NCBI GenBank assembly: GCA_964188305.1
Contig: OZ076885.1
DNA: 64,000 nucleotides
Source: Podarcis bocagei
Taxonomy: Eukaryota
Direction: 5' to 3' (one strand)
Shown: positions 23,250-34,800 of the stretch, in pieces
How positions within the stretch are numbered: position 1 is the first letter of the stretch
How the letters are laid out: every line of letters begins with the position of its first letter
Notes under the pieces: generated by a model
The model's database searches: none
Seen by the model: the letters and a program-made list of their open reading frames with translations, nothing else
What the model was told of the DNA's origin: nothing
Made by a program: the position numbers and the translations under genes

Positions 23250-24027
23250 GTAAGTTGTCCTGAAAAGAAATTGACTTGTTGACTTTTGTGCATATTGTGG
23301 GTGTTGGTATAGAAGGTTTAGTGGAGGGCCTATGAGAAACTAGGGGCTCTGTGCTGAACTGTTTCATGAACTCACATATGTCTAGTCTTTAAACCACTAT
23401 TCCCTCAGTTGTTAAAAACCACACAATCTAGCCACATGCTCCTCATTCTGCTCTGTTTCTAAAATTTTCTTGAGAATGGAATCCTCAGCTTTTCTTTCCA
23501 TTTGCACTATCATTGTTGTACATTTTCCTCTACCCAGAAACACACTTGCTCTTTCTCTGTCTTGTGTGAAAGAAAACAATGCCCTCCTTCTGAATAATAA
23601 TGCAAAGGTATCATGTTTTGAGTGCAAGGCAAGCACACTTTCCCAATGGGAAGCTCCTAGATAGTTGTAGAAAAGTAGGGACCGCAACTTGACTGAAAGT
23701 ATAGAGTAGATTCCTCTCAAAACAAAGAGAGAGAGAAGAATATGAGAAACCACTGGTGTCTGGCTGGGTGGCATGAAAACTGGCAATTAGGGAAGGAAGG
23801 TTAGAGTAACATTTAGAGAGATTTCCTCTCTTTTACTCATCCACTTGCTTTTTCTAAAAAAGAAAAAAGAAAGCCTGAGCTTTATTCCCCCTAACATCAT
23901 TGCTTTGTATTTTCTCTCTCTTTCCTTTCCATTCCCATCCTGCCTCAGCCACTGACACTGATTTTATTATATTTTAAATTGTTATCATCAGCAATTTATT
24001 TGACATCTACTTTTATTTACAATGCAG

Positions 24028-24315
24028 TTCCACCTGAGGGAGAGCTTGATGCTGAATTGAGGAAAGTTCTGGTATTACGTGCTGGAGTCACAATGAGGAT
24101 TTATGTGCCGGTGAGAGGCCGTCCACCTCCCAAGATTTCTTGGTCTAAAGTGGATGCCAACATAAGAGACAGGCAAGGACTAGATATCAAATCAACTGAC
24201 TTTGACACTTTCCTGCGCTGTGAAAATGTAAATAAATACGATTCTGGAAAATATGTCCTGAGTCTGGAGAACGTCTGTGGCAAAAAAGCATACACAATGG
24301 TTGTAAAAGTACTTG
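24028..24315 (+). CDS. TTN: TTN exon ~317, Ig (start of super-repeat C2)
   Basis: tgcag|TTCCA; ACTTG|gtaagt; 288 nt. Confidence 0.93.
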
Positions 24316-24417
24316 GTAAGTGCTACGTGATTGCCTATTATTGTCTTAACTATCCATACACGTTTTATTTTATATATTTTAGTCATTAACTGAAATGGTT
24401 TATTTGCATCTGTACAG

Positions 24418-24708
24418 ATACTCCTGGGCCACCTATTAATCTGATTGTAAAAGAAGCATCTAAAGATTCTGCCTTTATTTCATGGGAACCTCCTATAATT
24501 GATGGCGGGAGTCCAGTGAAGAACTATGTGGTTGAAAAACGTGATGCAGAGAGAAAGTCGTGGTCTACAGTAGCCACAGAGTGTCCGAAAACAAGTTTCA
24601 GGATCTCTAACTTGGAGGAAGGCAAATCTTACTTCTTCAGGGTTTTTGCTGAAAATGAATATGGCATTGGCGACCCCTGTGAAACTCGTGATGCAGTTAA
24701 AGCTTCTG
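24418..24708 (+). CDS. TTN: TTN exon ~318, Fn3
   Basis: tacag|ATACT; TTCTG|gtgaga; 291 nt. Confidence 0.93.
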
Positions 24709-24816
24709 GTGAGAATATTCACATGATTACCCTATCAGGCTATTGTTAAAAGGCTCTTGTGCATCTAACTTTATATTAGCGATTTGTTCATCATTATATT
24801 CTTTTCTCCCTGCTAG

Positions 24817-25104
24817 AAACACCTGGACCTGTTGTGGACTTAAAGGCTTTGGCTGTGACAAAGTCATCCTGCAATGTATCGTGGAAAAAGCCCATTAGCG
24901 ATGGTGGAAGCCGCATTAATGCATATATCGTTGAACTTATGACTGGTGAAAATCAGTGGCAGGAAGTTATGAGGTCAAAGAATCTCCAGTATTCAACAAG
25001 AGACTTAACAGAAGGCAAAGAATATACCTTCAGAGTGAGAGCACAAAATGAAGCTGGGTATGGAACACCTAATGAAATTACAGTGCTGGCAAGGGACGAT
25101 ATAG
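24817..25104 (+). CDS. TTN: TTN exon ~319, Fn3
   Basis: gctag|AAACA; TATAG|gtgagt; 288 nt. Confidence 0.93.
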
Positions 25105-25302
25105 GTGAGTAGATTCATACATTTTCTCGTTCACAGAGCACACTGCATATGTCAGTATAGTGAACAATAGAACTACCCCATGAGATAGCCATGCCAGTCT
25201 AATAAAGCAAAAATAGCAGAGGTGTCACAAAACCTTTCGTTCTTTTACAGAACAGAAGTTACTGAAATGAAGCAACTGTATTCACTGCACTGAGCATACA
25301 AT

Positions 25303-25721
25303 AATAACAATATTATAATAATAATTTATTATTTATACCCCACCCATCTGGCTGGGTCCCCCCAGCCACTCTGGGCGGCTTCCAACAAAACACTAAAATA
25401 CAATAACCTATTAAACATTAAAAGCTTCCCTAAACAGGGCTGCCTTTAGATGTCTTCTAAAAGTTTGGTAGTTATTTTTCTCTTTGACATCTGGTGGGAG
25501 GGCGTTCCACAGGGCGGGCGCCACTACCGAGAAGGCCCTCTGCCTGGTTCCCTGTAACTTGGCTTCTCGCAACAAGGGAACCTCCAGAAGGCCCTCGGCG
25601 CTGGACCTCAGTGTCCGGGCTGAACGATGGAGGTGGAGACACTCCTTCAGGTATACTGGGCTGAGGCCGTTTAGGGCTTTAAAGGTCAGCACCAACACTT
25701 TGAATTGTGCTCGGAAATGTA
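25303..25721 (-). mobile_element. Young 5'-truncated L2-clade LINE
   Basis: Minus-strand frame [17 protein letters not shown]...[15 protein letters not shown]...LKAALF is the typical L2 ORF2 C-terminus, intact; (AAT)-rich tail; TSD CATACAAT at 25295-25302 and 25722-25729. Confidence 0.9.
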
Positions 25722-25754
25722 CATACAATCATTCAATACCTTTTTGTCTTCCAG

Positions 25755-26345
25755 TGGCACCTGATCTTGATTTAAAAGACCTGCCAGGCTTGTGCTATTT
25801 AGCTAGAGAAGGAAGCAGTTTCCGCCTGAAAATCCCTATTAAAGGCAAACCAGCACCAACGGTGACATGGAAAAAAGGGGAAGACCTGGCTCTTACTGAG
25901 ACAGGAAGAGTTGCATTTGAAGCTACAGCAGTTAACACCTCACTCCTTGTACGTGATTGTCATAAAGATGACGCTGGGAAATATACAATCAAACTGAAGA
26001 ACATTGCTGGCAGTAAAGAAGCGACTATTTCTGTGAAGGTTGTTGGCAAACCTGGAATCCCAACAGGACCTGTGAAATTTGATGAAGTCACAGCTGATGC
26101 CATGACATTAAAATGGGCTCCTCCCAAAGATGATGGTGGTTCAGAAATCACTAACTACATTATTGAGAAGAGAGACAATGTGAATAATAAATGGGTCACA
26201 TGTGTGTCTGCTGTGCAGAAAACTACCTACAGAGTCACAAGACTTCATGAAGGCAGTGAATATACTTTCAGAATCAGTGCTGAAAATAAATATGGAGTCG
26301 GCGAAGGTCTTAAATCTGACCCAATAATCGCAAGGCATCCATTTG
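25755..26345 (+). CDS. TTN: TTN exon ~320, Ig + Fn3
   Basis: tccag|TGGCA; ATTTG|gtaagc; 591 nt. Confidence 0.93.
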
Positions 26346-26431
26346 GTAAGCACAAAAAAATATGTTTGTTGTGAAGTATTCTGTCATTTAAGGTTCAGTC
26401 TAATTCTCTCTCACATTTATTATATTTCTAG

Positions 26432-26536
26432 ATGTTCCCGATGCTCCACCACCACCCAAAATTGTTGAGATTAGGCGTGATTCTGCCTATTTAACATGGA
26501 CAGACCCCAAAAAGACAGGTGGCTCACCTATCACAG
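26432..26536 (+). CDS. TTN: TTN exon ~321, Fn3 N-part
   Basis: tctag|ATGTT (DVPDAPPPP...KTGGSPIT); CACAG|gtattt; 105 nt; missed by the ORF track. Confidence 0.9.
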
Positions 26537-27083
26537 GTATTTCTTTTGACATTTAATTTTGCATAAGATTCCCCAAGGTGTTAAATCTTAGGATCACAAA
26601 TGACAGTCATGATGTAAGACATGTTCCTACCCTCCACCAGCTTTTGCAATGTCCAGACCCAACTAACGTCAAGGCTCTGGTGTCTGTAAGGCCCGAGGGG
26701 GGCATGTTGAGAAGCAGCTTAGATTCAAAGCCTTCCAGTGCCACAAATCAGGGTGATATTGAGCCACATTTCCAATGGGAGGGGAAAATACAAGTGACAA
26801 AAGAGTGCAGAGTGTTCCTCTGCCCTGCTGGCTTAAGCCTGGCATGGCAATGGATAAGGCAGTGGAGCTATCTTCATATTTCACTACCACCACCTCAGGA
26901 TTGTACTGCAAAGCTTGTTAAGTAGCCAGTTGCCTGATGTCCTGCGATGGTGACAGAAACTGCTCAGAGATATCAGACAAGGATGCCTTTGCAAAATAAA
27001 AAAGTTGGTTCCTATCCACCCCCACTTTTGTTTACCTTTTGAAATACTAAGCATGTGTTTCCTGTGCTTGTATGCTTCTGTAG

Positions 27084-27281
27084 GTTACCACCTTGAATAT
27101 AAAGAAAGAAATAGTATTTTGTGGAAGCGAGCAAACAAGACCCCACTAAAGATGAGAGACTTCAGAGTGACAGGGTTAACGGAAGGTTTGGAATATGAAT
27201 TCAGAGTGATGGCAATCAATCTTGCTGGAGTTGGTAAACCAAGTCTGCCTTCTGAGCCAATTGTAGCCCTTGATCCAATTG
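27084..27281 (+). CDS. TTN: TTN exon ~322, Fn3 C-part
   Basis: tgtag|GTTAC; AATTG|gtaagc; 198 nt. Confidence 0.92.
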
Positions 27282-27370
27282 GTAAGCTTCCCAAAGTAAA
27301 GAGATAAGTCTTCATGTGTTAGAAAACAGTGATATACACTTTTACTACTTCTGTATTCTGCTGTTTTCAG

Positions 27371-27667
27371 ATCCTCCTGGGAAGCCTGAAGTTATCAGTG
27401 TGACTAGAAACTCAGTGACTCTGATCTGGACAGAACCAAAATATGATGGCGGACATAAATTAATTGGCTACATAGTGGAGAAACGTGATCTACCTTCAAA
27501 GACTTGGATGAAGGCAAACCATGTGAATGTTCAGGAATGTGCATATACAGTAACTGACCTTTTTGAAGGATCTAAATATGAATTCAGAATTAGAGCTAAG
27601 AATACCGCTGGTGCTATTAGTCCTCCATCAGAATCTACCGGAGCCATTATATGCAAGGATGAGTATG
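27371..27667 (+). CDS. TTN: TTN exon ~323, Fn3
   Basis: ttcag|ATCCT; GTATG|gtacgt; 297 nt. Confidence 0.93.
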
Positions 27668-27749
27668 GTACGTGTTCCCTGTAAAGGCACACACCAGTTT
27701 TTAATATTTTAGGTATCTTCTTTCCTAACATATTAATTCTCTTTTACAG

Positions 27750-28337
27750 AGGCACCAACTATTGTTATTGATCCTACTGTCAAAGAAGGCCTGACTGTTA
27801 AGGCAGGAGACACCATCTCAATGTCTGCTATTAGCATCCGTGGCAAGCCACTTCCAACTTCAGTGTGGTCTAAAGGAGGCAAAGATTTCAAGCTTTCAGA
27901 GACTGTTCATATTGAATCAACTCCAACTTCTTCAACGCTTTCTGTCAAGTATGCCGCTAGAAAAGATTCTGGTGAATATACGATCACTGCAACCAATCCT
28001 TTTGGTACTAAAGAAGAACACGTACATGTAAAAGTTTTAGATGTACCAGGCCCACCTGGACCAGTTGAAGTGAGCAACGTTTCAGCTGAAAAGGCTACTC
28101 TCACATGGACACCCCCAACAGAAGATGGCGGGTCACCAATCAAGTCTTATGTACTTGAAAAGAGAGAAACTAGCCGCCTTCTATGGACTCAAGTTGCTGA
28201 AGACATTCAGTCTTGTAGGCATGTTGTGACTAAGCTTATTCAAGGAAATGAGTACCTTTTCCGTGTTTCTGCTGTGAATCAGTATGGCAAAGGAGAACCA
28301 TCTCAATCAGAGCCAGTTAAAATGGTGGATAGATTTG
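27750..28337 (+). CDS. TTN: TTN exon ~324, Ig + Fn3
   Basis: tacag|AGGCA; ATTTG|gtaagc; 588 nt. Confidence 0.93.
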
Positions 28338-28430
28338 GTAAGCAAAACTAGTCAAAAGGTATATGAATTTACTGCTGTAAAAATAGAAAAACGTTTATGT
28401 GTTTATCAAAATCTGTTTTCCTCCTTTTAG

Positions 28431-28733
28431 GGCCTCCTGGTCCACCTGGTAAACCAGAAGTATCAAATATTACGAAAAACACTGTTACTGTAACCTGGAA
28501 AAGGCCAACTGATGACGGTGGCAGCGAAATCACAGGCTACCATGTGGAAAGAAGAGAAAGAAAAGGCGTGAGATGGGTCAGAGTTACAAAGAAACCAGTA
28601 TCAGACCTTCGATGCAAAGTGACTGGACTCCTAGAAGGAAATGAATATGAATTCCGTGTCAGTGCAGAAAACAGGGCAGGAATTGGGCCACCAAGTGATA
28701 TTTCTCAACCAGTATTAACCAAGGATGCTGCAT
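28431..28733 (+). CDS. TTN: TTN exon ~325, Fn3
   Basis: tttag|GGCCT; TGCAT|gttagt; 303 nt. Confidence 0.92.
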
Positions 28734-28837
28734 GTTAGTATGATTTCTATACTTTGGGGGGGGGATCCCTTTATATTATGATTATCTATAAGGATTCCAA
28801 TCAAATAAACTGTGTTGCCTTTTTTCATTATTTATAG

Positions 28838-31800
28838 ATCCACCGGGACCTCCTTCCAACCCACGAGTAACTGATACAACAAAGACAACTGCTAGCCTAG
28901 CATGGGGTAAACCTCACTATGATGGCGGACTTGATATAATCGGCTATATTGTGGAGCACCAAAAAGAAGGAGAAGACACATGGGTGAAAGATACCACGGG
29001 GACTGCTCTAAGAATCACAGAATTTGTGGTTGCTAATCTCCAGCCAGGAGCCAAATACAATTTTAGAATTATTGCCCTCAATGCTGCTGGTGCTGGTGAA
29101 CCAGCAACGATAAAAGATGTTGAAATCAGGGAACGTGAAGTAGCTCCTGATTTTGAATTAGACGCCGAGCTGAGGAAAACTCTTGTTGTTAGAGCTGGAC
29201 TGACCATTCGGGTATTTGTTCCAATTAAAGGGCGCCCAGTTCCTGAAATCACATGGACCAAGGATGATATTTCACTTAAAGGACGTGCCAGTATTGAAAA
29301 TACAGACTCTTTCACACTTCTCATTGTCACAGAATGCAATAGATATGATGCAGGAAAGTATGTCATGACCCTTGAAAATGCTGCTGGCAAGAAGACTGGT
29401 TTTGTAAATGTAAAAGTCTTGGATACACCAGGGCCACCAATAAATCTCAAGCCCAGAGACATATCTAAAGATACCATCACCCTACAATGGGATATGCCTC
29501 TAATTGATGGTGGTTCACGCATAACAAATTATATAGTTGAAAAACGTGAGTCAACACGAAAGGCATATTCAACCATCACAACAAAGTGCCCAAAATGTTC
29601 ACTTAGGATTCCTAATTTGGCTGAAGGGTGTGAATATTACTTCAGAGTATTTGCTGAAAACGAATTTGGAATTGGTGAACCTGCCGAAACTGCTGAACCT
29701 GTAAGAGCGTCAGAGGCACCATCACCACCAGAGAGCCTTAATATCATGGATATCACAAGAAAGACAGTCAGCCTTGCTTGGCCAAAGCCCGAACATGATG
29801 GTGGTAGCAAGATTACTGGCTATGTTATTGAAGCCCAGAAAAAAGGTTCAACTCAGTGGACACATATCACAACTGTGAAAACATTAGAATGTGTGGTAAA
29901 GAATCTGACTGAAAATGAAGAATATACTTTCCAGGTTATGGCAGTTAATAGTGCTGGAAGAAGTGATCCAAGAGAAAGCAGACCAGTTGTTGTTAAAGAG
30001 CAAATGATGCTTCCAGAATTTGATTTGCGTGGCCTTTACCAGAAAACAGTAATTGCCAGAGCTGGTGACAATATCAAAGTTGAAATACCTGTGCTTGGTC
30101 GCCCAAGGCCAACTATTACTTGGAAAAAAGAAGACCAGTTAATTAAACAAACTCAAAGAGTAAACTTTGAACATACTGCTTCTGCAGCCATCTTGACCAT
30201 TAATGAATGCACTAGAAACGATAGCGGCAGATACCCAATCTCAGCTAAAAATATTGTTGGTGAAGTTAGCGATGTTATAACTATACAGGTGCATGATGTT
30301 CCTGGACCTCCCACAGGGCCAATCAAATTTGAAGAAGTTTCATCCGACTATGTCACCTTCTCATGGGAACCTCCACTGAATGATGGAGGGGTACCAATAA
30401 GTAACTATGTTGTAGAAATGCGTAAAACCGACAGTACTGCATGGGCTGAGTTAGCAACTACTGTTATACGTACTACTTTTAAAGCTGCTCGCCTCACTAC
30501 TGGGACAGAGTACCAATTCCGTGTTAAAGCTCAGAACAGATATGGTTCAGGACCATCTATCAGTTCAGAGAATGTAATTGCTAACTATCCTTTTAAAGTT
30601 CCTGGTCCTCCAGGCACTCCTCAACTGATTGCAGTCACAAAAGATGCAATTAGCATTAGCTGGCATGAGCCTTTGACAGATGGAGGAAGCCCCATTTTGG
30701 GATATCACGTTGAGCAAAAAGAACGAAATAGCATTCTTTGGCAGACCGTAAGTAAAGCTTTGATATCAGTAAATACCTTCAAATCAAGTGGTCTTACATC
30801 TGGCCTTGCCTATGAATTCCGAGTCATAGCAGAAAATATGGCAGGCAAGAGTAAACCAAGCAAGCCATCTGAGCCAGCATTGGCCCTGGACCCTATTGAT
30901 CCTCCTGGGAAGCCAGTTCCTCTCAATATTACAAGACACGCAGTAGCACTTAAGTGGAAAAAACCTGAATATAATGGAGGCTTTAAGATAACTGGCTATA
31001 CTGTTGAAAAAAGAGATCTTCCTAATGGCCGATGGCTAAAGGCTAACTTCGGCAATATACTAGAAACTGAGTTCACTGTTAGTGGTCTCACAGAAGATGC
31101 TGCTTATGAATTCCGTGTGATTGCTAGAAATGCGGCTGGTGCTGTTAGCCACCCATCCGAACCATCAGATGCAATAACGTGCAGAGATGAGATTGAAGCA
31201 CCAAGGATCATGGTTGATGCTAAATACAAAGACACTTTGATATTAAAAGCAGGTGAAATTTTCAAACTTGAAGCTGATGTTTCAGGTCGCCCTCCACCAA
31301 CTCTGACATGGACGAAAGAAGGAAAGGAGCTTGAAGACACGGCAAAATTAGAAATTAAAATAGCTGATTTCTCAACTGTTCTTCATAATAAGGACTCTAT
31401 AAGAAGAGATGGGGGTGCCTACACACTTACAGCCTCCAATCCAGGTGGCTTTGCAAAACATATTTTCAATGTCAAAGTACTAGACAGACCTGGTCCTCCA
31501 GAAGGGCCTTTGGCTGTGTCTGATGTTACCATAGAAAAATGTGTCCTGTCATGGTTACCACCTTTGGATGATGGAGGCGCAAGTATTGACCATTATGTTG
31601 TTGAGAAACGTGAGACTAGCAGATTGGCATGGACAACTGTAGCCACAGAAGTTCCAGTAACAAAATTAAAGGTCACAAAGCTATTGAAAGGCAATGAATA
31701 TATCTTCCGTGTTATGGCTGTTAACAAATATGGCCTTGGCGAAGCCCTGGAATCAGAGCCTGTTCTTGCAGTAAATCCTTATGTAGTACCTGATCCACCG

Positions 31801-34800
31801 AAGACACCTGAAGTTACAGCTGCAACCAAAGATTCTATGATTGTGTGCTGGGGACACCCTGATTCTGATGGTGGAAGCCCTATAATCAATTATATTGTAG
31901 AACGTCGTGACAGGGCTGGACTACGCTGGGTGAAATGTAACAAGCGGGTTGTCACAGATTTGCGCTATAAAGTATCTGGACTCACAGAAGGTCATGAATA
32001 TGAATACCGAGTGAAAGCTGAAAACGCTGCTGGTGTAAGTGAACCAAGTCTAAGCAGTCCATTCTACAAAGCTGCTGACACTGTATTTAAGCCAGGTCCA
32101 CCAGGTAACCCACGTGTATTAGACACAAGCAAGTCCTCAATTACAATTGCTTGGAATAAGCCAATATATGATGGTGGCTCAGAAATCACAGGCTACATGG
32201 TTGAAACAGCATTACCTGACGAAGATGAGTGGAAAATTGTAACTCCACCAGCAGGGCTGAAGGCGACTTCCTTTACCATCACTAATCTAAAAGAAAACCA
32301 GGAATATAAAATCAGAATATATGCTATGAACTCTGAAGGCATTGGAGAACCTGCTCTTGTTCCTGGGACACCAAAAGCTGAAGAAAGGGTACTGCCTCCT
32401 GAGATTGAACTTGATGCAGACCTACGTAAAGTTGTGACCCTCAGAGCTTGCTGTACTTTAAGACTCTTCGTCCCAATTAAAGGAAGACCAGCGCCTGAAG
32501 TGAAATGGTCAAGAGAACATGGAGAGTCTTTAGACAAAGCCACTATTGAATCCACAAGCTCTTATACACTACTTACAGTTGGAAATGTGAATAGATTTGA
32601 CAGTGGCAAATATATACTGACTGTAGAAAACAGCTCAGGCAGTAAATCAGCATTTGTAATTGTAAGGGTTCTTGATACACCTGGCGCCCCACAGAATCTG
32701 AAGATAAAAGAGGTTACAAAGTCATCTGTGACTCTCACGTGGGACCCTCCCCTCATAGATGGTGGCTCTAAAATTAAAAATTATATTATTGAAAAACGTG
32801 AGGCAACAAGAAAAGCATATTCAACAGTTATGGCCAATTGCCATAAGACCAGCTGGAAAGTGGACAATCTACAGGAAGGTTGCAACTATTATTTCAGAGT
32901 TCTAGCTGAAAATGAATATGGAATAGGGCTTCCTGTTGAAACATCAGACTCTATTAAGGCATCTGAAAGGCCTCTTCCTCCAGGAAAAATAACTATATTA
33001 GATGTGACACGAAAGAGTGTATCTTTGTCTTGGGAGAAACCTGAACATGATGGAGGAAGCAGAATTTTGGGCTACATTGTAGAAATGCAAAGCAAAGGCA
33101 GTGAGAAATGGGCCACATGCACTACCGTAAAAGTTACTGAAGCTGTTATAACTGGACTGATCCAGGGTGAAGAATATTCTTTCCGTGTTTCAGCTCAGAA
33201 TGAAAAAGGAATCAGTGATCCTCGACAATTGAGTGTACCAGTTATTGCGAAAGATCTTGTGATACCACCAGCCTTCAAACTGTTATTCACTACCTTCAGT
33301 GTACTAGCAGGTGAAGACTTAAAGGTTGATGTTCCATTTGTTGGTCGACCCAAGCCATCTGTAACGTGGCTCAAAGATGATGTGCCACTAAGACAAACTA
33401 CTAGAGTAAACGAAGAAAATACAGACAACAACACTTTGCTAACAATAAAAGAAGCATGTAGAGAAGATGTTGGACAATATTTAGTAAAACTTTCTAACTC
33501 TGCTGGGGAAGCTACTGAAATTCTTAACATTGTTGTCCTTGACAAGCCAGGACCTCCAACTGGACCAGTGAAGATTGAAGACGTAACTGCAGACAATATT
33601 ACCATTTCCTGGGGACCACCCAAATATGATGGTGGCAGTTCTATCAACAATTATATTGTGGAAAAACGAGACACCTCCACTACTGCTTGGCAGATTGTTT
33701 CAGCTACCGTTGCCCGAACAACTCTAAAAGCAGCTAGATTAAAGACTGGAAGTGAATATCAATTCAGAATTGCTGCTGAAAACAGATATGGAAAGAGTAC
33801 ATATCTCACATCAGAGTCTGTGGTAGCCCAGTATCCATACAAACTACCTGGGCCTCCTGGAACTCCTTTTGTACCAAAAGTCTCCAGGGATAGTATGGTT
33901 GTACACTGGAATGAACCAGTCAATGATGGTGGCAGCAAGATTATTGGTTATCATTTGGAGCGCAAGGAAAGAAACAGCATACTCTGGGTTAAATTGAACA
34001 AAGCGGCAATTCCTGACACTAACTTTAAAACAACTGGACTTGAGGAAGGCCTTGAATATGAATTCAGAGTTTATGCAGAAAATATAGTTGGTATCGGAAA
34101 AGCAAGTAAAGGTTCAGAATGCTACAAAGCTTATGATCCTTGTGATCCTCCTGGTCGTCCAGAGCCTATCATCGTCACAAGGAACTCTGTTACTCTTCAG
34201 TGGAAGAAACCAGCATATGATGGCGGAAGCAAGATCACCGGCTACATAGTTGAGAAGAAGGAGCTACCTGAAGGCCGCTGGATGAAAGCAAGCTTTACGA
34301 ATGTTATTGAGACCCAGTTTGCAGTAACTGGCCTAGTTGAAGATCAAAGGTATGAGTTCCGTGTCATTGCGCGCAACGCTGCAGGCGTTTTCAGTGAGCC
34401 ATCTGAAAGCTCGGGGGCAGTCACAGCAAGAGATGAAGTAGAGCCACCTCGCATAAGTATGGACCCCAAATTTAAAGAAACCCTTGTACTGCATGCTGGC
34501 GAATCGTTCAAGATTGACGCAGACGTTCACGGTAAGCCGCTGCCTTCTATTCAGTGGCTAAAAGGCGACAAGGAACTAGTGAATACTGCACGCTTGGATA
34601 TAAAAACCACAGACTTTGCCACAAGCCTAAGCGTCAAAGAAGCCATTCGCGTTGACAGTGGGCATTATGTATTGCTGGCCAAGAATGCTGCAGGTGAAAA
34701 GACAGCTTCCGTTCATGTTAAGGTTCTTGACAAACCTGGCCCACCTGAAGGTCCGGTTGTTGTAACAGGAGTCACTGCTGAAAAGTGTTACCTGGCATGG

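Noticed and set aside
25484-25754. Apparent 90-aa N-terminal extension of exon 320 in the ORF track
   Set aside because: It is the antisense strand of the L2 insertion. The plausible AG acceptors I checked (25512, 25587, 25611, 25650, 25674) are all out of frame.
26578-26925. 115-aa intronic ORF in intron 321
   Set aside because: Non-ATG start, no recognisable domain and no convincing flanking splice sites
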